Source: Escherichia phage teqhad. From it: DNA of 64,000 bases. Every line of letters starts with the position of its first letter. Positions within the stretch are counted from its first letter, which is position 1. The notes beneath the pieces were generated by a model, which worked only from the letters and a program-made list of their open reading frames with translations, did no database searches and had not been told where the DNA came from. A program made the position numbers and the translations under genes. Positions 37,119-48,811 of the stretch are shown piece after piece. The stretch is taken from sequence record NC_054933.1; one strand, 5' to 3'.

Positions 37119-37579
37119 AGAGAGTCTCTTAATAGGTTTAACACATCAATAAATTCAGCTTCGGTTAGTATTGTATCATCTTTTGTTAGACCACTAGCCA
37201 TGCTGTGCTTCAAAACTTTTCCTTTCGAGGCTTGTAATGCATCACGAAAGCCCTTGTTTTGGATTGCTGCTTCAAAATATGCATTTGTGTATAATTCTTT
37301 CCACGCCGGGGAGTATCTTGAAAACGGAACTCCAAGCCAAAAGAGGGTCCCACGGTCCTGAGCTCTTGCATAAGACCTTCCAGCTTGTTGGGCGGCAAGC
37401 CCGGATAACCCAAATATACGACGTTGTTGTTCAACATTTTTCACCTTGCACCCTTGGAGGAATCCTTCAAGACCTCCAAATTGAATACCATCCATAACGA
37501 AAGGCCATTGGGCGAAATTACTTAATGCGCATGATGGCCATCTAAAATTACTTCTAATCTCTAACTCAGACATTTTCAA
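37115..37579 (-). CDS. NADAR (YbiA/DUF1768)-like protein (T4 30.3 position)
   Basis: 154 aa; LSNFAQWPFVMDGIQF... resembles the NADAR signature (LSNFYP..F..DG..). Assignment from motif recall, not a search. Confidence 0.6.
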   Translation of the reverse strand: MKMSELEIRSNFRWPSCALSNFAQWPFVMDGIQFGGLEGFLQGCKVKNVEQQRRIFGLSGLAAQQAGRSYARAQDRGTLFWLGVPFSRYSPAWKELYTNAYFEAAIQNKGFRDALQASKGKVLKHSMASGLTKDDTILTEAEFIDVLNLLRDSL

Positions 37580-37772
37580 TGCTTATAATTTCAACATCAG
37601 CCCAATGACCATAGCAAGGAAGACGAAATTCAACTGGCCAGTTAGGGTCCTTTTCTAATATAATAGACTCAACTTTCGGTTCTTCGTGTTCATCAGTATA
37701 CGGATTTTTATCTGTTACTTTATATGTGACCTTAATGTACTGAATTCCAAAAATCTTATTAATTATATTCAT
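37566..37772 (-). CDS. Hypothetical small protein
   Basis: 68 aa ORF in the 30.x operon array. Confidence 0.55.
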   Translation of the reverse strand: MNIINKIFGIQYIKVTYKVTDKNPYTDEHEEPKVESIILEKDPNWPVEFRLPCYGHWADVEIISIENV

Positions 37773-37966
37773 ACTAATTCCTTTAATCCGTAAATAGGAG
37801 ATAATTCATCACCCATACGAAGGTCTTCATTTCCATCTACCCAGGAAACAATATAAGCCTCTTTTATTTGAATACCACTCCATTTAAATGGAGGTAGAAC
37901 CTTAGAAATTAATCCAGGTATACCAACTCCCTTTAATTCAACGGTTTGACCTAAAAAGAATTTCAT
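37769..37966 (-). CDS. Hypothetical small protein
   Basis: 65 aa ORF, ATGA-coupled. Confidence 0.55.
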   Translation of the reverse strand: MKFFLGQTVELKGVGIPGLISKVLPPFKWSGIQIKEAYIVSWVDGNEDLRMGDELSPIYGLKELV

Positions 37967-38253
37967 TAAAACCTCATCTGAAAACCGTGCGATTTAACGT
38001 TACCGCCGCCAATATCAGAAATGTTAATTTCGCGCGCAATTGAAGGGTCAATGTCAATTTCACGATTGAGTTTAGTGATAGCTAAAGTATCGCGCCCATT
38101 TATAGTACGGAACTCTAAAGGACAAACCACATCAACGTAGTTTTTAATCGATTCACTGGTAGGCTGCAAATGAGCAGGAAGGTCTTTAGGCGCCTTTGAA
38201 AAAACCACTTCACAGAAATTTTTGCGGGTATCAAAATAAGTAGTCATAAACAT
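37966..38253 (-). CDS. Hypothetical protein
   Basis: 95 aa ORF. Confidence 0.6.
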   Translation of the reverse strand: MFMTTYFDTRKNFCEVVFSKAPKDLPAHLQPTSESIKNYVDVVCPLEFRTINGRDTLAITKLNREIDIDPSIAREINISDIGGGNVKSHGFQMRF

Positions 38254-38294
38254 AGTATTTTCCTCAGTAAGGGGCCGAAGCCCCTCATTTTATT

Positions 38295-38660
38295 TTAAAT
38301 ATCAAATTCGTTAAGAACTACATCAAAGATTGCTTCAAGATGCTCAGGTTTAGCTCTGTTACTCAGAATATGACGAATCCAAGTTTTAACCAAAAGCTTG
38401 CGATTAGCACCATTCCAGCAAGGATGAGTCCCTAAATCGCGTTGACGAAAATCATCATCCAGAGCGATTTTAAAGTTGGAACCTTCCATTGTGATTGAAA
38501 CCGTGATGCCATTTTCAAATCGCATATAAACGTAATTAGGAGTCATATACTGTTCAATTTCGCATACTGATCCATTTTGATGTTTCCAAAGGCAAATAGT
38601 ATCAATAGAACCTGCAATACCATTAGAAACATATTTACGTTCAAAGTTGATGTAGTTCAT
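38295..38660 (-). CDS. Hypothetical protein
   Basis: 121 aa ORF. Confidence 0.65.
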   Translation of the reverse strand: MNYINFERKYVSNGIAGSIDTICLWKHQNGSVCEIEQYMTPNYVYMRFENGITVSITMEGSNFKIALDDDFRQRDLGTHPCWNGANRKLLVKTWIRHILSNRAKPEHLEAIFDVVLNEFDI

Positions 38661-38728
38661 TTTTGTTCTCCGAGATGTTTAATTGCGGTACAGGTATATA
38701 ATATCATATCCTGTACCAAAGTAAACAA

Positions 38729-39061
38729 TTATTTTACTACTTTCCAATGCTGCATGTCAAGTTTACCAACTTTTTTCATCTTCTCAATTAAGCGTTCGGC
38801 ACGTTGGCGAGCTGTAACATAATGCCATTCGCCTAATTCATTTTGTTCAATTTTTCCAACGATTACTGTATTCAATTCATAAATCCAACCAGTAAAGAAA
38901 TTATGAACTTGAATTGTAAAGGTGAAATCTGTTCCCATACCTTCTGTTGTTTCTACTTCAATAATATCACCTTCAACTGCCATTAAGAACCACATAGTTT
39001 CATCATATTTACCATTGAAGCATTTAGTTTTAACTGCAGCGTTCAGATTAATCGTTTTCAT
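38729..39061 (-). CDS. Hypothetical protein
   Basis: 110 aa ORF; early-promoter-like GTTTACA upstream on the minus strand. Confidence 0.65.
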   Translation of the reverse strand: MKTINLNAAVKTKCFNGKYDETMWFLMAVEGDIIEVETTEGMGTDFTFTIQVHNFFTGWIYELNTVIVGKIEQNELGEWHYVTARQRAERLIEKMKKVGKLDMQHWKVVK

Positions 39062-39148
39062 TTTATTCTCCTTTGTTTGTGTAAGATAATACTATCACAA
39101 AGGAACCATACTGTAAACAACTTTGTGCAATCTTTGGAAAATAAAAAA

Positions 39149-39166
39149 GGACTCCCGAAGGAGTCC
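39149..39166 (-). terminator. Intrinsic terminator after the 30.9-like ORF (minus strand)
   Basis: ggactcc-cgaa-ggagtcc; minus-strand RNA has a U-run (uuuuuuauuuu) after the stem. Confidence 0.55.
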
Positions 39167-39171
39167 TCAAC

Positions 39172-39348
39172 TTATGCTTTCTGCTTACCAAAACGAGAAG
39201 CATCATCTCGAAGAACCGCACGTGCTCGGCGCATGATCTTCTCAACAGTTTGATTGATACGAGAGTTCGACCCACGCTTGTAGCCAGCGCGTTTAGAATC
39301 ACCAACTTTCTTTTCAACTGCTTTCTTTGCTTTAACTTGTTTTGCCAT
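39172..39348 (-). CDS. Small highly basic protein (T4 30.9 position)
   Basis: Track ORF extends to 39390; internal ATG at 39348 gives MAKQVKAKKAVEKK... (58 aa), a more natural N-terminus. Start choice uncertain. Confidence 0.5.
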   Translation of the reverse strand: MAKQVKAKKAVEKKVGDSKRAGYKRGSNSRINQTVEKIMRRARAVLRDDASRFGKQKA

Positions 39349-39593
39349 TATAAATTCTCTTTTAAATGAAAATGCAGGACTTATTGGCATTGCCTGCGCA
39401 AGCCCTCAAGGGGAACATAGGTTTTTGGATATTTAACGACCAGGATAACCATAAACCCGTCATCATTCACATTCAAGAGGTACACCATAAAACTGCCGGG
39501 GTCTTAAAACTATAATGATTCGCAAATCATTAATCAGACAGTTCGATGGCTCCTCGATTTTAGCTCACACTAAGGCAGTGAATCTCCAATAAA

Positions 39594-39842
39594 TTACTTC
39601 AGTGTTACCACAAAGTGACGAACTGCTTTTCGTGCAGCAGAAGCCAGAGGCTTAGCATACTTAAGTTCATCTTTTTCCTGAAGCTCAGCGGCTAATGCAG
39701 TTTGAGCAGGATTTAGATGTTTGAAATAACGCAGGATTTCAAGAGCTTCGGCTTCAACATCAATAGATGCGCCATAGTTTTCGTGACCATTATTCCATGC
39801 GTTTCGTTGCAGTTCAAGAGCGTGTTGTAATTGTTTAATCAT
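39594..39842 (-). CDS. rIII: rIII lysis-inhibition accessory protein
   Basis: 82 aa; T4 rIII size and position between the 30.x block and gene 31. Confidence 0.85.
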   Translation of the reverse strand: MIKQLQHALELQRNAWNNGHENYGASIDVEAEALEILRYFKHLNPAQTALAAELQEKDELKYAKPLASAARKAVRHFVVTLK

Positions 39843-39989
39843 TTAAAAATTCTCGTTAGAGATTAAAACTCGGTAGTCACGTTCTTCTGAATTTCATCTT
39901 CTTTCGACAGATCTCTCAGTTGTAGACTACCACATAGAATTGTTCGGTTAACTTATTATTCCGACACCCAATTCATATTATTATTTATA

Positions 39990-40325
39990 TCACTTATAAA
40001 GACACGGAATAGCTTTATAATGACAGGTAACGAATTTTTGTTTAATTTCTTTTGGCTGCTTAAGACCCAGAGCTACAAAAGGATGCGGAACGTTTCGAAT
40101 TTGACCAACTGGAAGAGAAGTCAAATCACCAACTTCACAAAAACCTTCAGGAACATCAGGACCGACAGAGTGAATTACACACAGTTCAGGAACTTCACCT
40201 TGGACACGTTTACCGATAATAAGTCCTGATTCTGTAACTTCTTCATCACCGGCTTGTGCAGGTTCAGAAACTAAAATAACATATTCACCGACAGCACGAA
40301 TTGGTAGCTGTTGTACTTCAGACAT
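39990..40325 (-). CDS. 31: Co-chaperonin gp31 (GroES functional analogue)
   Basis: 111 aa; [21 protein letters not shown]... matches T4 gp31. Confidence 0.95.
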   Translation of the reverse strand: MSEVQQLPIRAVGEYVILVSEPAQAGDEEVTESGLIIGKRVQGEVPELCVIHSVGPDVPEGFCEVGDLTSLPVGQIRNVPHPFVALGLKQPKEIKQKFVTCHYKAIPCLYK

Positions 40326-40381
40326 CGTTTTTCCTTTTTGTTAACAGATGAATTAATAATAACAAATAATTCTTAAAGCAT

Positions 40382-40690
40382 TTATTTACCAATAAATTGG
40401 AGTAAATGCTCAACTTTCATACCATTAACAGAAATCAATTTGTCAATAGAAAAACCTCGCCATGCACCAAGTTCAACATCAAATACTGGAATCATGTCAG
40501 TAGATTCTTTCCGAGTAGATTCAGTCAATTTGCCAGTTTGCATGGTTGGCATAAAGTCTGCATCACGAGTACCTTTCATAGTACGAATAGTACCATCAGA
40601 CTTTTCAAAAACTACGTTTGAAACACCCATGGACAATTTAGTTTTCAAAATTTCGCGAATTGCTACTTTCTGCTCAGTTGTCAGTTTCAT
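40382..40690 (-). CDS. Hypothetical protein (T4 31.1 position)
   Basis: 102 aa ORF. Confidence 0.65.
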   Translation of the reverse strand: MKLTTEQKVAIREILKTKLSMGVSNVVFEKSDGTIRTMKGTRDADFMPTMQTGKLTESTRKESTDMIPVFDVELGAWRGFSIDKLISVNGMKVEHLLQFIGK

Positions 40691-40927
40691 TTATTTACCT
40701 ATCACAGTTTTAATATGAGTTGTTCCACGTTCTTTAAGGGTGGAAAGTAATTTTTGGCATTTTTCTAAATCAGATTTCCAACTATATGGTCTATCAATAC
40801 TAGTCCAATCAGTTTTATAATACTGTTTCCATTTAGAGAAAAAATATTTCTTATACTCTACAGCAAATGAGATGTTCTCGTTAGAATAAGAACTAATTGC
40901 TGTGAGCTTTACCAAACGAAATTTCAT
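40691..40927 (-). CDS. Hypothetical protein (T4 31.2 position)
   Basis: 78 aa ORF. Confidence 0.6.
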   Translation of the reverse strand: MKFRLVKLTAISSYSNENISFAVEYKKYFFSKWKQYYKTDWTSIDRPYSWKSDLEKCQKLLSTLKERGTTHIKTVIGK

Positions 40928-41508
40928 TATTCACCACAGAATTCGTTGATATTTTCCCAGTTTAACTTATTCAAGTTTTTCTTAGGAACATTAAACACTT
41001 CAATACCTGCATTTCGCAGAATATCATCCCAGCCAGGTTTATTTTTATCGTATGTTTCGCAATAAACCAGCTTTTTAATACCAGATTGAGCTATCGCTTT
41101 TGCACAATCTGGACAAGGAGAAAGTGTTACATACATAGTAGCACCTTCAATAGAAGAACCATTTCGTGCAGCAAACAAAATTGCATTTAGTTCAGCATGA
41201 ATTTCATTTTTAGACGACCATTCAGAGTGAGCGCTACGGTGTTCTTTCGCCAAGACAAAGCGATCAGTTGAACCAAATGATACGCATTCAGGCTTATGGC
41301 CTTGGATGATAGTATGTTTAGGTTTATTCAGCAACCAACCTTGCTCAGCGGCATAATCACAACAGTTCACACCTCCTGCGGGTGAACCATTATACCCAGT
41401 AGAAATAATACGTCCATTCTTTTCAATTACTGCTCCTACCTTCCAGGAGCAACATTTTGATTCTTGTGATACTAAATATGCAATTTGAAGTACTGTACTC
41501 GCTTTCAT
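40927..41508 (-). CDS. cd: dCMP deaminase
   Basis: 193 aa; zinc-binding deaminase motifs HAE...PCPDC (HAELNAILFAARNG...LSPCPDCAKAI). Confidence 0.95.
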   Translation of the reverse strand: MKASTVLQIAYLVSQESKCCSWKVGAVIEKNGRIISTGYNGSPAGGVNCCDYAAEQGWLLNKPKHTIIQGHKPECVSFGSTDRFVLAKEHRSAHSEWSSKNEIHAELNAILFAARNGSSIEGATMYVTLSPCPDCAKAIAQSGIKKLVYCETYDKNKPGWDDILRNAGIEVFNVPKKNLNKLNWENINEFCGE

Positions 41509-41843
41509 TTCATAATCACCAGATAAGCAGATTTAGCAGTTTCAACACGATAAATTTCATGACGAAGTTTAGTTATACTTTTAATAACAGAACTAATTAT
41601 ATTCTGTCCGTCTTTAAAGCGGTTTTTCTTATCAATAAAAATTGCGCCAACCATCTTTTTGTGAAGCTCAACTGGATACTTCGTCACAATAATAGCATCA
41701 TATACAGAAGGATGAATACTATTTACTAGAGTGTCATTCATTAAAGTTATTCTAATGAACTGTGCTGTTTCAGAGTCAAGCGCTCTATGATCGCCAGTAT
41801 CATTTTCAAGACAATTATCAATTATATCAGTTAAATTCATCAT
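41505..41843 (-). CDS. Hypothetical protein (cd.1-like)
   Basis: 112 aa ORF, ATGA-coupled. Confidence 0.6.
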   Translation of the reverse strand: MMNLTDIIDNCLENDTGDHRALDSETAQFIRITLMNDTLVNSIHPSVYDAIIVTKYPVELHKKMVGAIFIDKKNRFKDGQNIISSVIKSITKLRHEIYRVETAKSAYLVIMK

Positions 41844-42076
41844 AGTACGCCATACACCCTTTGTGCTTCAACTAATCCATCAAAATCCAATTTAAGATGT
41901 GTTATTTGATCACCATCACCTGGATTCACAATTACTAATACTGAACGAGGAGTTTCGGTAATAACACGAACCGATGTTTCAGGAAATCGTTCAGAAACCT
42001 TATTTACCAATTCCTGTGCAAATAGCTTAACTTTTTCTTGGAATTCTTTAACAGTAATCGGTTTTTCACTTAGCAT
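41840..42076 (-). CDS. Hypothetical protein (cd.2-like)
   Basis: 78 aa ORF. Confidence 0.6.
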   Translation of the reverse strand: MLSEKPITVKEFQEKVKLFAQELVNKVSERFPETSVRVITETPRSVLVIVNPGDGDQITHLKLDFDGLVEAQRVYGVL

Positions 42077-42612
42077 GTTGATCCCAGCTCCTTACTTTCA
42101 ACGTTTTTAACTAATTTGACAGAAACTAATTCAGCATCTTGAGTAATCATTACCGGGCCTTCTTCATACTCTTCAAGATATTCTAGAGCTTTCTTTTTAG
42201 CTTCTTCCTTCGTATCAGTTTGAGCATAGATATAAAACATACAACCAGTAATACCTACTACTTTCCATTTAATTTCTTTATCAGTTTTAATTTCAAATTT
42301 ACTGACAGAATCATCTTTTTGAACTTCTTCGAAAAAATAATATTCTGACATATAAGTAATTGAAAATAATGGGCTATCTTTATAGCATTCACCCATTACA
42401 TCAACAGCTTTATACCAGTAATCGTCAATTTCACGTTTAATGCTAATAACATTTTTCGCGGGATCAATTTTTACTTTAAATGAATTTTCCCCAATAAACT
42501 GAGCAATTCGTTTATTAGCCCCGCAAGTTTCATTAAAAATATCTTTATATCCAGCTTTAAAGCGATAAACCTTATCTTCTTCAAACCATTCGCTCATTTT
42601 CAATTTCCTCAT
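42070..42612 (-). CDS. Hypothetical protein (cd.3-like)
   Basis: 180 aa ORF; early-promoter-like GTTTAC upstream. Confidence 0.65.
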   Translation of the reverse strand: MRKLKMSEWFEEDKVYRFKAGYKDIFNETCGANKRIAQFIGENSFKVKIDPAKNVISIKREIDDYWYKAVDVMGECYKDSPLFSITYMSEYYFFEEVQKDDSVSKFEIKTDKEIKWKVVGITGCMFYIYAQTDTKEEAKKKALEYLEEYEEGPVMITQDAELVSVKLVKNVESKELGSTC

Positions 42613-42659
42613 TTGTTTGATAGAGCCATAATATCACAACTCTACTGTAAAGTAAACTA

Positions 42660-42935
42660 TTAAATCGCTTTGAATTCCGCAGTTTGAGATTCAAAGCGAA
42701 TGTCGCCTTTGATAACTAACTCAGCATCAAGACCGAATACGACAATGATATGCGCGGAACCTGGATACAGCGTAATGGCAACAGAATCCACCTGGTCTGG
42801 AAGCAAAGTGTTTAATACATGAGTCACTTGAGCATGGATTCGAAGTTCGGCTGCGTTATCAAGCTTTTCAAACATATTATTAGCGATAATTTGACTAAAC
42901 ACTACTTCTACGATTTTAGAATAAGTCGGAAACAT
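42660..42935 (-). CDS. Hypothetical protein (cd.4-like)
   Basis: 91 aa ORF. Confidence 0.6.
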   Translation of the reverse strand: MFPTYSKIVEVVFSQIIANNMFEKLDNAAELRIHAQVTHVLNTLLPDQVDSVAITLYPGSAHIIVVFGLDAELVIKGDIRFESQTAEFKAI

Positions 42936-42937
42936 AT

Positions 42938-43138
42938 TTACCTCACATAATTTTCTTCAAGCCAATCAATAACATCCAAAGCGTTATCAAAAGTTGAACC
43001 ATCTACTTTGTCTTCTGTTTCATAATCAAGAACATCTAAGCCTACTCTTCCGTCAACAATAGGCCATAAACAAAATAGATATTTCTTTTCTTTTTCAATT
43101 TTATCACAAAGACGATAAATCTTTTCTATGTTATTCAT
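42938..43138 (-). CDS. Hypothetical small acidic protein (cd.5-like)
   Basis: 66 aa ORF. Confidence 0.55.
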   Translation of the reverse strand: MNNIEKIYRLCDKIEKEKKYLFCLWPIVDGRVGLDVLDYETEDKVDGSTFDNALDVIDWLEENYVR

Positions 43139-43327
43139 AAGTTTTCCATGGTAAAGGCAGTTTAGTTTTCTTTACTGTTAGTTCAACATCAGGATTCTTT
43201 TCTCTCAATTTAAGACATTCCTCCCAAGCTCTGATTTCACTAGTGAATACACAAAATTGCCCATTACTAGTACCGACTAAACCACTATTTACAATAATAA
43301 TAGCCCAAGTTTCATGATGCCACGCCA

Positions 43328-43328
<1 letters not shown>
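43131..43328 (-). CDS. Hypothetical small protein immediately downstream of pseT
   Basis: 65 aa ORF; start overlaps the pseT stop. Confidence 0.5.
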
Positions 43329-44531
<1,203 letters not shown>

Positions 44532-44535
<4 letters not shown>

Positions 44536-44762
44536 TTATTTTTCTCAACCAATGATTGAATATAATCATGCAGGTCTTTAGATGCTTTACCCCACTTATT
44601 TTGGTATTCATTTTTAAGATTAGCACGTGATTGAGCTAATAAAACATCATTAGTTGGAGGTAAAGATTCTAATCGTTGAATCTGACGTCCATAAATCATT
44701 GCTGCCATCTCTGATTCATAAATCAATCCTTTGAGATGTTCAAATTGATGCCATGAAATCAT
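44532..44762 (-). CDS. Hypothetical protein
   Basis: 76 aa ORF. Confidence 0.55.
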
Positions 44763-45058
44763 TTACATTTATCCTCTTTTAACTCTTGACGATAATAACA
44801 TATCATAGTTTTCTGGTCATGTACATATCGTTTTACATCATTAAGCCAAATACGAAATTCCTGAGAATCTTCAAATGGCATACCGACCCAAGCTTTACCA
44901 TCGATAACTTTAACTTGCCAAGATAGTTTAGCTTCGTCATATGACTTTATTTGCACAGGCCAATTAGGATGAACTGTTTCTTTCTTTACTTCTAGAGGCT
45001 TTGTCGAACAACCAACTAGAAGACCAATAGATAATATTACTGCTGATAGTTTAATCAT
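44759..45058 (-). CDS. Outer-membrane spanin (o-spanin, Rz1-like lipoprotein)
   Basis: 99 aa; signal peptide with lipobox LLVGC|S; several Cys; directly downstream of a TM/coiled-coil ORF. Confidence 0.7.
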   Translation of the reverse strand: MIKLSAVILSIGLLVGCSTKPLEVKKETVHPNWPVQIKSYDEAKLSWQVKVIDGKAWVGMPFEDSQEFRIWLNDVKRYVHDQKTMICYYRQELKEDKCK

Positions 45059-45408
45059 TTAGAAAGGTCCTGGATGTCTTCTGCGAACTTGTTGAAGGAG
45101 TTGTTGATTTGTTTTTCAACCAATCCTGGCTTATGAGCCACCACATCCGCCTTCTTTGCGTCTTTGCGCAGCTTTTCATTTTCACGCTCAATTGCAGCAA
45201 TTGATTCACGATTTTTATTATTCATTGCATCAATATAATTATATTGATTTTTTAAATCATTTAATGCTAAGGCGTTTTCATTGGCCGTTTTTGTAATTTC
45301 TACAACAGACGTTTCTAATCTTTCAATTTTATTTTTTAAAATTAAAGAAGTTCCGCCCAATGCAATTACAATTAATAACAAGCCTGCTGTCGTATTACTT
45401 AATTGCAT
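45055..45408 (-). CDS. Inner-membrane spanin (i-spanin, Rz-like)
   Basis: 117 aa; N-terminal TM helix (LLLIVIALGGTSLIL) followed by coiled-coil-rich periplasmic domain. Confidence 0.7.
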   Translation of the reverse strand: MQLSNTTAGLLLIVIALGGTSLILKNKIERLETSVVEITKTANENALALNDLKNQYNYIDAMNNKNRESIAAIERENEKLRKDAKKADVVAHKPGLVEKQINNSFNKFAEDIQDLSK

Positions 45409-45905
45409 AAAGTTTTAATAACCTCTATAATATCGTCTTGAGAAAGACCGTTAATTAAAATATGATGTTCCGCCGGAGATTTAGAAATTTTAAAGCATGC
45501 CGCAACATCTTCTGCCATATCTGATGCGCTACGATTTGGATTACTAATTCCAAGACGATGTTTTCCCGTTAAAGGATTAACGATAATATAGCATTTACAG
45601 CTATTGATATGAACATTAGGTTGAGTCTGATTAATGAACACTTCACAATCATACTTAGCGAGTTGATTTTCTAAAAAGACTTTCATCTCCTCAACCGCAT
45701 CAGGAAGCATATCACGGGCTTGCTCAAGACGACGATTTCGATATTCTTTAATGGTCGTTTTCCGCTTGACTTGCTTAGCTAAATCTTTCTTAAGATCGGT
45801 GATATATCCAACTCGACGATTTCCTTTGAATACAGAAATCCCATCTGTAGTATCACCGTATGCTTCAACGACCATTTCAGTAGTAATAAGCTGTAAATCC
45901 ATCAT
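45399..45905 (-). CDS. alc: Alc (transcription termination on cytosine-containing DNA)
   Basis: 168 aa ORF at the T4 alc position upstream of the spanin pair; ribosome-binding site embedded in the repeat element. Confidence 0.75.
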   Translation of the reverse strand: MMDLQLITTEMVVEAYGDTTDGISVFKGNRRVGYITDLKKDLAKQVKRKTTIKEYRNRRLEQARDMLPDAVEEMKVFLENQLAKYDCEVFINQTQPNVHINSCKCYIIVNPLTGKHRLGISNPNRSASDMAEDVAACFKISKSPAEHHILINGLSQDDIIEVIKTLCN

Positions 45906-45909
45906 AAAG

Positions 45910-45963
45910 TCCTCATGTTATGTCAGTAAGACTACTGTAACACAACATGAGGGACTTGTAAAC
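45910..45963 (-). repeat. 54-bp promoter/hairpin element, copy 2
   Basis: Minus strand GTTTAC-N18-TACAGT; perfect outer stem cctcatgtt/aacatgagg and inner stem cagta/tactg; GAGGA ribosome-binding site of alc in the 3' arm. Confidence 0.6.
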
Positions 45964-45966
45964 AGC

Positions 45967-47554
<1,588 letters not shown>

Positions 47555-47562
47555 AATAAAAT

Positions 47563-47576
47563 GGGCCTTGCGGCCC
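47563..47576 (-). promoter_or_regulatory. Intercistronic GC hairpin between nrdB and denA
   Basis: gggcc-ttgc-ggccc sits 8 nt upstream of the denA ATG on the minus strand; possible attenuator/processing structure. Confidence 0.4.
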
Positions 47577-47581
47577 ACTCC

Positions 47582-48760
47582 TTAAAAATATTTTTTAAAA
47601 CTCATCATAACTTTATCATCAACATCATTATCAATCTGTGCAACAAGATAAGATGACAGTTCTACTTCTTGTGGCGCGGATTGAACATTATCAGAATTAA
47701 GATATTCACGAATCCAAGGATATGGATGTTTAACCGGAGCATCGGTAATTGGGCATGGAAGACCACACTGTTTCATACGAGATACAGTTAAGTAATCAAT
47801 AAAGCTCCACATGCTATTTGTATTTAATCCAGGAACATCGCCATCTTTAAATAAATGAACTGCCCAATCTTTTTCTTGGCGGTTAACTTCCATGAAAATA
47901 TCAACTGCTTCTTGTTCACACTCTTGAGCAATTTTAACCCATTCATCGCCATCAGTACCAGATTGAAGTTGACGAATAATATATTGTGTACCTTTAAGAT
48001 GAAGCTGCTCATCACGTGCAATGAACTTCATAATCTTTGCATTGCCTTCCATAATTTCCATGTTCTTATGGAAGTTAAAGGTACATGCGAAAGATACATA
48101 AAAACGAATAGCTTCCAATGCGTTGATTACATGCAAACAGAGGTAAAGAGATTTCATTAGCTCACGCTTCCAATATGTCTCATGCTCAATAGCATCTTCA
48201 ATAACATCTTCGTCTGCATTAATTTCTTTTTGGTATTCGATATCAGCTTTAGCGTTTTCCCAATAACGAGTTTTAGTCAGAACATCATCATAATAACGTC
48301 CAATGGATTCAGCACGTTTCATAATAGCTTCATCTAATACAATCTCATCAAATACCTTCGATGGATCAGTATAAAGATTTCGCATGATATGTGTATATGA
48401 ACGAGAGTGAATAGTTTCACTAAAAGTCCACGTAGCAACCCATGTATCAAGGCTTGGGTCTGAAATTAATGACATAAGTACAGCAGACGGCGCACGACCC
48501 TGAATGCTATCCAAAAGTGATTGATACTTCAGATTATTAGTAAAAATATTTTGCTGATACTGAGGAAGCTTATTAAACTGTGCAGCATCCATCATTAAGT
48601 TTACTTCTTCAGGACGCCAGAAAAATGATAATTGCTTTTCGGTTAAATCTTCAAAAACTTTATGGCGTTGAATATCATAACGCGCAATACCAAGACCTGA
48701 ACCAAAAAACATAGGTTCTTTTAAAACATCAACTGGATTTGTATTAAAAACTGTGCTCAT
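47582..48760 (-). CDS. nrdB: Ribonucleotide reductase small subunit (aerobic), uninterrupted
   Basis: 392 aa continuous ORF, MSTVFNTNPVDVLKEPMFF...; no intron-sized interruption. Confidence 0.95.
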   Translation of the reverse strand: MSTVFNTNPVDVLKEPMFFGSGLGIARYDIQRHKVFEDLTEKQLSFFWRPEEVNLMMDAAQFNKLPQYQQNIFTNNLKYQSLLDSIQGRAPSAVLMSLISDPSLDTWVATWTFSETIHSRSYTHIMRNLYTDPSKVFDEIVLDEAIMKRAESIGRYYDDVLTKTRYWENAKADIEYQKEINADEDVIEDAIEHETYWKRELMKSLYLCLHVINALEAIRFYVSFACTFNFHKNMEIMEGNAKIMKFIARDEQLHLKGTQYIIRQLQSGTDGDEWVKIAQECEQEAVDIFMEVNRQEKDWAVHLFKDGDVPGLNTNSMWSFIDYLTVSRMKQCGLPCPITDAPVKHPYPWIREYLNSDNVQSAPQEVELSSYLVAQIDNDVDDKVMMSFKKYF

Positions 48761-48811
48761 AAATTTTCCGCTTAGTTAATAGTTGGTGACTCGTCCGTGA
48801 GTCAAATTATA

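Noticed and set aside
39063-39317. 84-aa minus-strand ORF overlapping the 30.9-like gene and terminator
   Set aside because: Overlaps a better-supported basic-protein ORF and spans the terminator hairpin; no ribosome-binding site; likely spurious.
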